NCBI GenBank assembly: GCA_036257375.1
Contig: DATAFR010000160.1
Location: 22,063 to 86,062 of the forward strand
From: Methyloceanibacter sp.
Lineage (GTDB): Bacteria > Pseudomonadota > Alphaproteobacteria > Rhizobiales > Methyloligellaceae
DNA length: 64,000 bases
Reading direction: 5' to 3'
The notes beneath the pieces were generated by a model. It was not told the origin of the DNA, did no database searches, and saw only the letters and a program-made list of their open reading frames with translations. Each line of letters opens with the position of its first letter. Within the stretch, counting starts at the first letter, position 1. Position numbers and translations under genes: made by a program. Below, one piece after another: positions 31,999-41,009 of this stretch.

Positions 31999-32484
31999 TC
32001 CTTCGCTCCCTAAAGCCTGCTCCTTGGCCGGTCTCTGAGCTCCGTCGGGGAGTCGGAGGCGGACTGCAACTCAGGGCGCGGGCGAACCGAGCTTCGCCAA
32101 CGCCGCTTGATCGAAGCAAGGGCGGCGCGAGAGATCAACAGCGATAAAGAGCGTCGCCCCCACCGTTCATTGTGCTGCCCAGGCTCTGACTTACGTCTGA
32201 GGCTGGCGGCTCTTTTCGGCTGTTCAAATCATAAAGGAAATAGATTGGCAACACTCATGATTCAGGCCGCCGATGCGGCATATGCACGCTTGGCACGGGA
32301 TGTTTTCCATGTCGGGAAGATTTCACGCCGGCTCACGTCGAAATTTGGCCCCAATACTCGGCGATGGCGGTTTTCTATGTCGCGCATCTCCGCTTCACGG
32401 CGCCTCTCTCACAATCTAGTCTGGTAAGAGGCGATTCGCGCCTTAGTCTGCGCATGCGCCGGTCTCATTAGCCCTAAGGTTGAG

Positions 32485-33042
32485 ATGCCGAGATTTCCGC
32501 TTTTTGTGCCAGGCTTACGGGCGCTCGCCGCGCTCGCGCTGGTATGGGCCATGGCCGGCGAGGCGCTCGCGCAAGCGGCATCGCCTGAGGCAGCTCCCGT
32601 GGCCACCGGCCCTGGCAGCGTGGTGCGCGAGACCCACGGCGCCTGGCAAGTCTCCTGCCGCACCCCGCCCGGAGCCAAGGAGGAAAAATGCGCTCTGGTG
32701 CAGAGCGTCACCGCCGAGGACAGGCCGAATGTCGGGCTGACCGTGGTGTTCTACAAGGCGGTCGGCGAGGACAAGAAGCTCTTGCGCGTGGTCGTGCCGC
32801 TCGGCGTGCTTCTTCCCACCGGGCTTGGCCTGAAAATCGACGGGCAGGATGTCGGCAATGCGCCTTTCCTCAAATGCGGCAAACGCGGCTGCGTGGCGGA
32901 GGTGGTGTTGCAGGATGAGGTCATCGCCAAGATGAAGACAGGCACAACCGCCATGTTCATCATCTTCGATACGCCGGAGGCCGGCATCGGCATCCCCGTG
33001 GCGCTCCAGGGCTTCGGCGACGCCCTGGCCAATATGAAATAG
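32485..33042 (+). CDS. Invasion-associated locus B (IalB) family protein
   Basis: Signal peptide, HGAWQVSC, PLGVLLPTGLGL.IDG, C...GCVAE. Confidence 0.88.
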   Translation: MPRFPLFVPGLRALAALALVWAMAGEALAQAASPEAAPVATGPGSVVRETHGAWQVSCRTPPGAKEEKCALVQSVTAEDRPNVGLTVVFYKAVGEDKKLLRVVVPLGVLLPTGLGLKIDGQDVGNAPFLKCGKRGCVAEVVLQDEVIAKMKTGTTAMFIIFDTPEAGIGIPVALQGFGDALANMK

Positions 33043-33059
33043 CAGCCGCCGATAGCCGC

Positions 33060-33099
33060 AAAAAAAATCGGCGACAGAGAAAGGAGACTCTGTCGCCGA
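33060..33099 (-). terminator. Intrinsic terminator between convergent ialB and Mur-ligase genes
   Basis: Perfect 12-bp stem TCGGCGACAGAG/CTCTGTCGCCGA (33068-33099) with A8 on its left, which is a U8 tail on the minus strand. Confidence 0.8.
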
Positions 33100-33218
33100 C
33101 GATACATCCGTCTTTTGGGGGACGGACTAACGTCCCTCCGTGCAGGGTAGCGGAAGGGACGTGTGACTTGGCCGTTATATGGTTAGCGGAGCGCTTGCGG
33201 TCAAGGCCGGGGCGGCGC

Positions 33219-34640
33219 CTAGAGCGGGGCCCTCGTTTCGACCGCCGCGGGCTCGTGTCCCGCCGTTTCGGCTGCAACGACACCAAAGGGTGGCCTTCTG
33301 GGCGTGCGGTAATGCCGGCAATCGATGCATGGACGCTTGCGCCCGCACCGCTCATGCCAGCACACAACCTCGTCGAGGCATGACAGCATGATGCGTTCGA
33401 GATGCTGGGTGATCGAGGCCTTAACGTAGATCAGTTCGCCGGCCATCTGATCTCCGTTGAGAAACGCGCTCACCTGGTACGTGGTCTCGAAGCCAAACAG
33501 CCTGTCTTTGACGGCGCCCTGCCCGAGCTTGTCGATATGGCCCGCATGGCGGCCGACGACGATCACGCGATCCGCGACCTCCAACGCCGCTCGCGCGATA
33601 CGGCGATAGCGCGGGCTGGCGGCGCCGGGATAGTCGGAGATTGTTCCGAACACGACCGTCTTCCGGGGCGCGCGAACGCCTTTGACGAAGGCCAATCCTT
33701 CCCCGATCGTCCAATAAGGAGCCTTGTGCGAATCGAGCACGTAAGCAGCGCCGTCGGGACGAACGTGAACCGTGTATCTGCCGAACACAGGGTCGACCGT
33801 TCCCACGACCTCGGCGCAAGTCTTGAGGTCGAGACCGCAGGCCAAGCCAATGCCAATTCCGGCGAGAGTGGCTGTAACCCAGTGCTCGCCAAGGAGCTTC
33901 GTCTCGACCAAAACGCTTTCGCCGCGATAGACGGCCTTCAGCGACAACCGACCCGGCCAAACACTGACTACTTCCGACGCCCTTAGATCCGCTTCGGCGG
34001 AACGACCGAACGTCAGCAAACGAGCCTCGGTCCGCTTGGCCATGCCCGCGACGTGCGGATCGTCGATGTTCAGAACGGCGACGCCGCTCGGCGGCAAACT
34101 CTCGACCAGCCGCCCCTTCTCCTGCGCCGTCGCTTCAAGGCTGCGATAATTGCTGTAGTGGTCGCCGCCGATGGTCGTCACGACACCGATTTGCGGTCGC
34201 AACACCGCGACCGATAGCGCGATGGCGCCTGGAAAAGAGCCGTGCGTCTCAACCATGCAAAACTTCGTCGCCGCGTTGGAGCGGAGAACGGCGTCCATCG
34301 CGTTGGTCACGCTCCGACCGGTCACGGTGGTGCATTTCCCCGCCGACGAGAGGATGCCGTCTGCCAGCGCAATGGTCGTGCTCTTGCCGTAGCTGCCCGT
34401 GACGCCAATGAAGGTCGTGCCCGTCAACCGGCGCCGGTTGAGCTTGGCAACGCCGACCAAGGCCGGGCTCGGAGGCCGATCAGGGGGCCTGCGCAACAGC
34501 CGTGCCATCAGACGAAGTGGACGGCCGAGAGCGCTACGGGCGATTTGAAGCAGGCGGGGAGAGCTTCGGGCTGAGAGGCCGAGCCTCGCGCCTTTGCTCA
34601 TCGACCAGTTGGGTCGGCCCCCTATCGGACCAGCGTTCAC
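33219..34640 (-). CDS. Orphan Mur ligase family protein (MurF-like) with Cys-rich C-terminus
   Basis: FIGVTGSYGKSTT P-loop, RPQIGVVTTIGGDH, AVLNIDDP, LLGEHW. Start uncertain. Confidence 0.75.
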   Translation of the reverse strand: MNAGPIGGRPNWSMSKGARLGLSARSSPRLLQIARSALGRPLRLMARLLRRPPDRPPSPALVGVAKLNRRRLTGTTFIGVTGSYGKSTTIALADGILSSAGKCTTVTGRSVTNAMDAVLRSNAATKFCMVETHGSFPGAIALSVAVLRPQIGVVTTIGGDHYSNYRSLEATAQEKGRLVESLPPSGVAVLNIDDPHVAGMAKRTEARLLTFGRSAEADLRASEVVSVWPGRLSLKAVYRGESVLVETKLLGEHWVTATLAGIGIGLACGLDLKTCAEVVGTVDPVFGRYTVHVRPDGAAYVLDSHKAPYWTIGEGLAFVKGVRAPRKTVVFGTISDYPGAASPRYRRIARAALEVADRVIVVGRHAGHIDKLGQGAVKDRLFGFETTYQVSAFLNGDQMAGELIYVKASITQHLERIMLSCLDEVVCWHERCGRKRPCIDCRHYRTPRRPPFGVVAAETAGHEPAAVETRAPL

Positions 34641-34837
34641 GGACCCCCCTCAGTGAACGGAGACGGCCGGGCTCCCGATCGCTTGGACGGCCCACTAGTC
34701 GGCGGCGATATCGGGGTAAAGCGCGTAGTCTCTTGAAGTTTGGGCGTGTTGCAGATCAGCCCAAATCCGGCGTTTCGATCATGAACGCCGCCGAGCACGG
34801 CGGATGTTCACGCGCTGCAAGCCAATAGAAGCGCGGC

Positions 34838-35830
34838 TTAGCCTGAGGCTGAGCGGCCGGCGGAGGAATTCGCCGGCCCGGGTCCGCCGGTCTTGCGCCA
34901 GGTCGACGGCGGCATGCCGAATTCGCGTTTGAAGGCGCGCGTGAAGGAAGCTTCCGAATCGTAACCGCTGCGCTCGGCGACGCGCGCGATTGCGTCCCCG
35001 CCCGAGCGAAGCGCCTGGGCCGCCAGCATGAGCCGCCAGCGCGTCAAATATTGCATGGGCGGCTCGCCGATCAGGGCGGTGAAGCGTTCGGCAAGGGCCG
35101 AGCGCGACAGGGCTACTTCACGCGCGAGTTCGTCGACCGTCCAGGCACGCGTGGGATCGCCATGCAGAAGCGCGAGCGCGCGGCCGACATGAGCATCCCG
35201 CAAGCCGGCAAGCCAACCTTTCAATTCGGGCGGATTGGATTGCACATAGCGGCGCAAGGCTTCGGTGAAGGCAAGTTCGGACAGCTTCGCCAGCAACGAC
35301 TGGGAGCCCGGCCGTTGCGCGCGCGATTCCTCGACCCCAAGGCGAAGCAGATCGGCTAGCCAGCCGCTGAGCGAGACGTCGCCAAGCGGAACGCGCAGTA
35401 TCGGCGGCAACGAGGCGAGCAGCGCGCGCGAGGCACGCCGGTCGCAGGCGATATAGCCGCAAATGAATCTCGTCGCCTCGCCGCCGCCGCCAGCGCGAAA
35501 CTCGAGTAAGCCATTTTCGGGCGGAGCGTTCTTCACCTCGGCAAGGGGAAGCCTGAGGTCGCTGCCAAGGAGATGCAGGTCGTCGTGCGGCAGGAGCAGC
35601 AGGTCGCCGGCCTTGACCTCGATCACCTCGCCGCCGCCGGCGAGGCGTGCGAAGCATGTTCCCTCGGTCAAGAGATGAAAGAAGACGACGTGGTCGCTGT
35701 CCGGCAGCTTCGGCGCCGCCGAGTGGAGCCCGTATTGCGTCGCGACACACCAGGGTGCCGTGAACTCGGCATTGACATAGACCGCGCCGTCGAGCCGGAC
35801 GGCGGACAGCACGTCGGAAAGGGCGTCCAT
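34838..35830 (-). CDS. AraC family transcriptional regulator (cupin plus HTH)
   Basis: MDALSDVL..VRL, W.VDELAREVALSRS.LAERF, GYDSEASFTRAFKR.FG.PP..WR. Confidence 0.93.
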   Translation of the reverse strand: MDALSDVLSAVRLDGAVYVNAEFTAPWCVATQYGLHSAAPKLPDSDHVVFFHLLTEGTCFARLAGGGEVIEVKAGDLLLLPHDDLHLLGSDLRLPLAEVKNAPPENGLLEFRAGGGGEATRFICGYIACDRRASRALLASLPPILRVPLGDVSLSGWLADLLRLGVEESRAQRPGSQSLLAKLSELAFTEALRRYVQSNPPELKGWLAGLRDAHVGRALALLHGDPTRAWTVDELAREVALSRSALAERFTALIGEPPMQYLTRWRLMLAAQALRSGGDAIARVAERSGYDSEASFTRAFKREFGMPPSTWRKTGGPGPANSSAGRSASG

Positions 35831-35908
35831 GGGGCTGTCTCGATTGAATGCGGCAGCATTATAGGCCGGGGCGCAGGATGGAACTAGAACGCCTGGGTCA
35901 ATGGCCGA

Positions 35909-36325
35909 TCAGAACGGGAGGCTGGCCTTGATGCCGCCGGCATGCTGCTCGACGAGGTCGCCGAAACGGCCCTCGTAATAGAGGCGGAACGAGGCGCCTT
36001 CGGTGCCGATCACATCCAGCCCCGCGCCGACAGTGCCCAGCACGTCGTCGGTCTTCGTGGCGATGCGGAAGGGTCCGACGCCGCCTGGCGCGCCTTCGAA
36101 GCTTGCCAGCAGGACGAAATCCGGATCGTCGAAGAAGGTGGCGCCGCCGCGCACATAGGGCCGGAACTGGGGTCCGTTGGGCGCGCCGAATTGCGTGCCG
36201 AGCTCGAGCATCGGCGTGGCGCTGAGCATCGTCTCGTCATTGCCATGCACATTCAGCCCGACGCCACCGGCGCCCGTCTCCTTCACCTGCTCGAGATTGA
36301 TCTCGGTCGCGTCGAGATCGACCTT
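35909..36325 (-). pseudogene. 5'-truncated autotransporter beta-barrel remnant (last ~140 codons)
   Basis: KVDLDATEINLEQVKETGAGGVGL...LELG...RPYVRGG...GAGLDV...RLYYEGRFG...GGIKASLPF*. Similarity starts a few codons after the gshA stop, with no start, signal peptide or passenger domain. Confidence 0.75.
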
Positions 36326-36340
36326 GCAGGGGGAGGGTGA

Positions 36341-37726
36341 TTAAAACGCCTGGGTGTCGAACACCTTGTCGATGTCCCGGCCCCACGGGCCGTTGTAGTC
36401 GGCGAGCAGGCGATCGGCGGCCGAGCGCCCCTCCTCGACAATCTCCACGAGCGGTCGAAGCGCCGTGCGCTCGTCATCTCCGTTGCGGTTGCGCCGCGCA
36501 CGGCGTTGCAGCCCGCCGAGCGCCAAGGTCACGACCTCGCGGCCGACATCGCGCAAGGTCCCTCCCCTGAACGGCGTCTTAAGCCCAAGGCGCGGGACGA
36601 GGTCGCGCAGAGTCGCCCGCTCCTCCATGGTCCAGTCCCGGGTAAGCGCCAGGGCGCCGTCGAGGGCTTTCTTGTCATAAAGCAGCCCGGTCCACAGCGC
36701 CGGCAGGGCCAAGAGCGCGGCGAACGAGCCGGCGTCGGCGCCGCGCATCTCGAGGAAGCGCTTCAGCCTGACGTCGGGGAAGAGCGTGGTGAGGTGATCG
36801 GCCCAGTCGTCCATAGTCGGGCGCACGCCCGGCAGCGCTGCAAGCCTGCCCTTGAGGAAATCCCGGAACGAAGCGCCGGCCACGTCGATATAGCGTCCGT
36901 CGCGATAGACGAAATACATCGGCACATCGAGCGCGCAGTCGACATAGCGCTCGAACCCCATGCCCTGTTCGAAGGCGAAGGGCAGTAGCCCCGTGCGGTC
37001 GGGGTCGGTGTCGCGCCAGGCCTCGGCGCGGTAGGACTGATAACCGTTCGGCTTGCCTTCGGTGAAGGGCGAGTTGGCGAAGAGCGCGGTCGCGACCGGC
37101 TGGAGCGCGAGCCCGACGCGCATCTTGGCGACCATGTCCGCCTCATCGGCGAAGTCCATGTTCACCTGCACCGTCGCGGTGCGGAACATCATGTCGAGCC
37201 CGCGCTTCCCGCGGCTCGGCATGTAACGCATCATGATGCGGTAGCGCTCTTTCGGCATCACCGGCGTTTCGGCGAGGGTCCATTTCGGCGAGAAGCCGAT
37301 CCCGAGAAAGCCGATGCCGAGCTCGCTGCCGACCTCGTCGACCTCGGCGAGATGCTGACGCAGCTCCTCACAGGTCTCATGCACATTCTCGAGCGGCGCG
37401 CCCGACAATTCGAGCTGGCCGCCCGGCTCGAGACTAACCGCTCCGCCTTTGGCGCAATCCTTGCGGCGCAGCGCGATGATGCTGCCCCTCTCGGTGACGA
37501 CTTCATCCCAGCAGAAGCGCTCATGCAGCATTTCCAGCAGCGCCCGGATGCCGCGCTCGCCGGCATACGGCACCGGCGCGTAGTCGTCACGGTAGAAACC
37601 GAACTTCTCGTGCTCGGTGCCGATGCGCCAGTCGGATTTCGGCTTGGAGCCCTCCTCCAGATAGGTGACGAGCTCGTTCCGCGACTCGATGATTGGGCTC
37701 TCTGGCCCGGCCACGCGTGTCGACAT
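36341..37726 (-). CDS. gshA: Glutamate--cysteine ligase
   Basis: WRIGTEHEKF, SLEPGGQLELSG, MPKERY.IM..YM, QVNMDF, HLTTLFPDVRLKRFLEMRGAD. Confidence 0.95.
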   Translation of the reverse strand: MSTRVAGPESPIIESRNELVTYLEEGSKPKSDWRIGTEHEKFGFYRDDYAPVPYAGERGIRALLEMLHERFCWDEVVTERGSIIALRRKDCAKGGAVSLEPGGQLELSGAPLENVHETCEELRQHLAEVDEVGSELGIGFLGIGFSPKWTLAETPVMPKERYRIMMRYMPSRGKRGLDMMFRTATVQVNMDFADEADMVAKMRVGLALQPVATALFANSPFTEGKPNGYQSYRAEAWRDTDPDRTGLLPFAFEQGMGFERYVDCALDVPMYFVYRDGRYIDVAGASFRDFLKGRLAALPGVRPTMDDWADHLTTLFPDVRLKRFLEMRGADAGSFAALLALPALWTGLLYDKKALDGALALTRDWTMEERATLRDLVPRLGLKTPFRGGTLRDVGREVVTLALGGLQRRARRNRNGDDERTALRPLVEIVEEGRSAADRLLADYNGPWGRDIDKVFDTQAF

Positions 37727-37837
37727 TCGGAGAGCTCCGTGGGGGTTGCGCCGCCCCGCCAAGCCGGGCGAGGAGGCAAAGGGCGCCTATATCGCGCTCC
37801 TAGCACGAGACTGACAAGGGATCGTTACAGCCGATCC

Positions 37838-38569
37838 TTACCGCCAGTCGCCTAGCGCCGCATTCACAAGGGCGAGAGCGGCGACGGCGGCGGTATCCGC
37901 CCGCATCAGCCGGGGCCCAAGGGAGATAGGCAGAACGAAGGGCTTTGCAAGCAGGGCCGCACGTTCCTCGCGATCGAAGCCTCCTTCCGGGCCGATCAGC
38001 ACGGCGAGCGGGCTGGCCCCTCGCGTTCTGAGCGCCTCGATGGGAGAGGCGTGCGGCGCGACCTCGTCGGCGAAGATGAGGAGCCTCCGCTCGTCCCAAG
38101 CATCGATGATCTTCGACAGCTTCTCGGGCTCACTCACCTCGGGCACGCGCAAAATGCCGCATTGCTCCGCCGCTTCGATCGCATTGGCGAGCAGGCGGTC
38201 GGTCTTCACCCGCTCGGCCACGGTATGGCGTGTGATCACCGGACGCAGCATGCTCGCGCCGAGTTCGGTCGCCTTCTGCGCCATATAGTCGAGGCGTGCG
38301 CGCTTCAGCGGCGCGAAGAGATAATGCAGGTCGGGGCCATCTTCCTGGTCGCGGGTCTGATGCGTCAGGCGGATTTCAGCGCCCTTCCTGCCGATGGCGG
38401 TGAGCTGGGCACACCATTCCCCGTCCCTGCCGTTGAAAAGAAGAACATTGTCGCCCGGCTTGAGTCGGAGCACGTTTCCGAGGTAATGCGCCTGATCCTT
38501 GCTAAGCGCGATCGCAGCGCGCGCATCGAGCCCAGATTTGACGTAGATGCGCTGGAGCTTGGTGGACAA
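37838..38569 (-). CDS. rsmE: 16S rRNA m3U1498 methyltransferase
   Basis: HYL.NVLRL, QKATELG, EAAEQC, IGPEGGF, LGPRLMRADTA. Confidence 0.96.
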   Translation of the reverse strand: MSTKLQRIYVKSGLDARAAIALSKDQAHYLGNVLRLKPGDNVLLFNGRDGEWCAQLTAIGRKGAEIRLTHQTRDQEDGPDLHYLFAPLKRARLDYMAQKATELGASMLRPVITRHTVAERVKTDRLLANAIEAAEQCGILRVPEVSEPEKLSKIIDAWDERRLLIFADEVAPHASPIEALRTRGASPLAVLIGPEGGFDREERAALLAKPFVLPISLGPRLMRADTAAVAALALVNAALGDWR

Positions 38570-38618
38570 TGGGCGTCTCTGCGGACGAAGTTAGTAGGAC
38601 CCAAGAGGCGGCACACAC

Positions 38619-39572
38619 ATGACACGTCCCCTGCCCCAAGGCAAAGCCGCCGCAGTGTCGGACGCCGGCGCCGGAAATCTGGTCGACCGCTTCGCGCCGG
38701 CGGCGGTCCTGCCTTACCTCCGGCTCGCCCGCTTCGACCGGCCGATCGGATTTTTCCTGCTCGCCTTTCCTTGCTTTTGGTCGGTAGCGCTTGCCGCGCG
38801 CAGCCTCGAAGAGCCCTACCCCGATCCCTGGCTCCTTTTCCTGTTCGCCGTGGGCGCCATCGCCATGCGCGCGGCCGGCTGCACCTATAACGACCTGATC
38901 GATCGCGACATCGACGCGCAGGTCGCGCGCACGCGCTCGCGACCTTTGCCGAGCGGACAGATCAGCCCGCGCGCCGCAATCATCTTCATGCTCGCGCTTT
39001 GCCTGGCCGGTCTCATCGTGTTGCTCAGCTTCAACAGCACCACGATCTTGCTCGGACTTGGCGTCATCCCCATCGTCGCGCTCTATCCTTTCGTCAAGCG
39101 CTTTAGCCATTGGCCGCAGGCCGTGCTCGGGCTTGCCTTCAACTGGGGCGCGCTGATGGGCTGGCCGGCCGTGCTCGGGCGTCTCGACTGGCCGGTGATC
39201 GTGCTCTATGCGGGAGCTGTCGCATGGACCATCGGTTACGATACGATCTATGCGCATCAGGATCGCGAGGACGACGATCTCATCGGGCTGAAGTCGACCG
39301 CGCTCAAATTCGGCCGCGCCACCAAGCCCTGGCTCGCAGTCCTCTACGGCTTCGCCTGGCTCGGCATCACGGCGGCAGGCCTCATGGCCAATGCCGGCAC
39401 TGCCTTTTTAGTAGGCATGATGGCCGCGGCGGCGCAGCTCGCCTGGCAAATCGTCACGCTCGACATCGACGATGCCGAGAACTGCCTGACGCGTTTTCGC
39501 TCCAACCGCGACTTCGCGGCAATCGTGCTCGCCGCCATCCTGATCGATGGAGCGCTTGCGGCAATATTCTGA
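38619..39572 (+). CDS. ubiA: 4-hydroxybenzoate polyprenyltransferase
   Basis: LARFDRPIG..LL, MRAAGCTYND..DRDID..V.RT.SRP, YDTIYAHQD.EDD. Confidence 0.96.
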   Translation: MTRPLPQGKAAAVSDAGAGNLVDRFAPAAVLPYLRLARFDRPIGFFLLAFPCFWSVALAARSLEEPYPDPWLLFLFAVGAIAMRAAGCTYNDLIDRDIDAQVARTRSRPLPSGQISPRAAIIFMLALCLAGLIVLLSFNSTTILLGLGVIPIVALYPFVKRFSHWPQAVLGLAFNWGALMGWPAVLGRLDWPVIVLYAGAVAWTIGYDTIYAHQDREDDDLIGLKSTALKFGRATKPWLAVLYGFAWLGITAAGLMANAGTAFLVGMMAAAAQLAWQIVTLDIDDAENCLTRFRSNRDFAAIVLAAILIDGALAAIF

Positions 39573-39598
39573 GTTGCGTGTGATGCGCTTCCCGCGCG

Positions 39599-39639
39599 AA
39601 AAAGCAACCGGGCCCCAGAGCTTTCGCCCTGAGGCCCGG
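39599..39639 (-). terminator. Intrinsic terminator oriented for a minus-strand transcript
   Basis: Minus strand CCGGGCCTCAGGGC-GAAA-GCTCTGGGGCCCGG: 14-bp stem with two G-U pairs and a GNRA loop, followed by TTGCTTTTT. Confidence 0.75.
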
Positions 39640-39715
39640 ATGACGCCTTGCTGTTAGCTTCCCCCTTGGCGGGCGGCCTTTGCGGCCTTTGATTGCCACG
39701 ATGTTGCCATAGAAG
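39599..39715 (-). ncRNA. Candidate sRNA or 18-codon sORF transcript convergent with ubiA
   Basis: The minus-oriented terminator has no annotated minus-strand gene upstream. The 5' end is a guess. Confidence 0.35.
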
Positions 39716-39777
39716 TTTTCCGAAGCGCTTAATGGACGTGTTTAACGTCTGGTGTGCGCCAACAAGCTGCTTACATG

Positions 39778-39815
39778 GTTTAGAGAACTCTTCCGAAAAG
39801 TTTAGAGAATCTTCC
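39778..39815. repeat. Tandem direct repeat upstream of the IMPase/CysQ gene
   Basis: GTTTAGAGAACTCTTCC (39778-39794) and GTTTAGAGAATCTTCC (39800-39815), 22-nt period. Confidence 0.7.
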
Positions 39816-39822
39816 TGTTGCC

Positions 39823-40650
39823 ATGACTACCGCCGTCGAGCCCGCCAATCGCCCGTTGCCAGCCCCTTCGTTGGAAGAGGATTACGCACTTCTTAAAGTC
39901 GCGGCGCGCGATGCGGGCGAGCTCGCGCTTACTTATTTCAAGCAGCAGATCCTCGTGAACAGGAAACCGGACGGCTCCGAGGTGAGCGAGGCCGACCTCG
40001 CCGTCGACACCGCGCTCAAGCTCGATCTGCGCACCAAGCGGCCCGACTATGGCTGGCTGTCGGAAGAGACCGAGGACGATCCGGAGCGGCTCAAGTGCCG
40101 GCGCGTGTGGATGGTCGATCCGATCGACGGAACCAATGCCTTCCTGCGCCACGTACCCGAATGGACGGTGTCGGCGGCGCTGGTCGAGGACGGCGTACCG
40201 GTGCTCGGTGTGGTGTTCAATCCCGCGACGGGCGAATTCTTCCACGCCATGCGCGGACACGGCGCCTTCCTCAACGACAAACCGATCGCAGCCAGCAAGA
40301 AGAACACGCTCGACGGCGCGCTGCTCATCGCCAGCGGCGGATTGTTCAAAAAGAAGATCTGGAAAGAGCCGTGGCCCGAGGTGAAGTCGCGCTGGGTAAA
40401 TTCGGTCGCCTACCGGCTGGCGCTTGTCGCCTGCGGCGAAGCCGACGCGACCATCTCGCTCTCGGCCAAGAGCGAATGGGACCTGGCGGCGGCCGCGCTG
40501 ATCGTCGAGGAGGCGGGCGGGGTTATCACCGATCACCACGGCGAGACGCACATCTATAATCGCGCCTCGCCGCGTTTCCCCAGCCTGGTCGCGAGCGGCA
40601 AGGCGCTGCATCCCCTCTTGATCGATCGCACAGACCGCGTAGACCTCTAG
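39823..40650 (+). CDS. Inositol monophosphatase / CysQ family phosphatase
   Basis: VSEADLAVD, GWLSEE, WMVDPIDGT, EWDLAAA.LIV.EAGG. Confidence 0.9.
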   Translation: MTTAVEPANRPLPAPSLEEDYALLKVAARDAGELALTYFKQQILVNRKPDGSEVSEADLAVDTALKLDLRTKRPDYGWLSEETEDDPERLKCRRVWMVDPIDGTNAFLRHVPEWTVSAALVEDGVPVLGVVFNPATGEFFHAMRGHGAFLNDKPIAASKKNTLDGALLIASGGLFKKKIWKEPWPEVKSRWVNSVAYRLALVACGEADATISLSAKSEWDLAAAALIVEEAGGVITDHHGETHIYNRASPRFPSLVASGKALHPLLIDRTDRVDL

Positions 40651-40700
40651 CGCGCGATGCGGCAGGAATATCTCTCAGCCTGAAAAGGGAATGACGACAC

Positions 40701-40961
40701 ATGGCCGCAAAGCAGGGCGCCAAGAAAAAGCAATTGCTTCACCTCGTGTTCGGGGGAGAGCTGTCCTCGCTCGACAAAATCGAGTTCAGCGATCTCAAGG
40801 CGCTCGACATCGTCGGCATCTATCCCAATTACGCGCAAGCCTACGACGCCTGGAAGGACGCCGCCCACCGCACCGTGGACGACGCGCATATGCGCTACTT
40901 CATCGTGCATCTGCACCGGCTGCTCGACCCCGACCACGCCCCTGGCGAAGAGGCCCAATAG
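40701..40961 (+). CDS. DUF4170 family protein
   Basis: LLHLVFGGEL, LDIVGIYPNY..AYDAWK, VDDAHMRYFIVHLHRLLDP. Confidence 0.85.
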   Translation: MAAKQGAKKKQLLHLVFGGELSSLDKIEFSDLKALDIVGIYPNYAQAYDAWKDAAHRTVDDAHMRYFIVHLHRLLDPDHAPGEEAQ

Positions 40962-41009
40962 CGGCATAATGCGTTTCGGCTTTTTCGCCTTAGAGCCTCG
41001 CGGCCCCGC

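Noticed and set aside
32107-32120. FNR/FixK-like box upstream of ctaC
   Set aside because: Only the TTGAT half matches. The second half and spacing do not fit TTGAT-N4-ATCAA.
34739-34810. Two hairpins between the Mur ligase and AraC genes as an sRNA or terminator
   Set aside because: The stems are short or interrupted and there is no U-tract on either strand. This is not distinguishable from chance in GC-rich DNA.
36341-36343. Readthrough fusion of gshA to the in-frame autotransporter fragment
   Set aside because: GshA is complete and cytoplasmic, and the stop is TAA. In-frame adjacency has a one-in-three chance.
39729-39746. CtrA box (TTAA...TTAAC)
   Set aside because: The spacer is 9 nt rather than the consensus 7.
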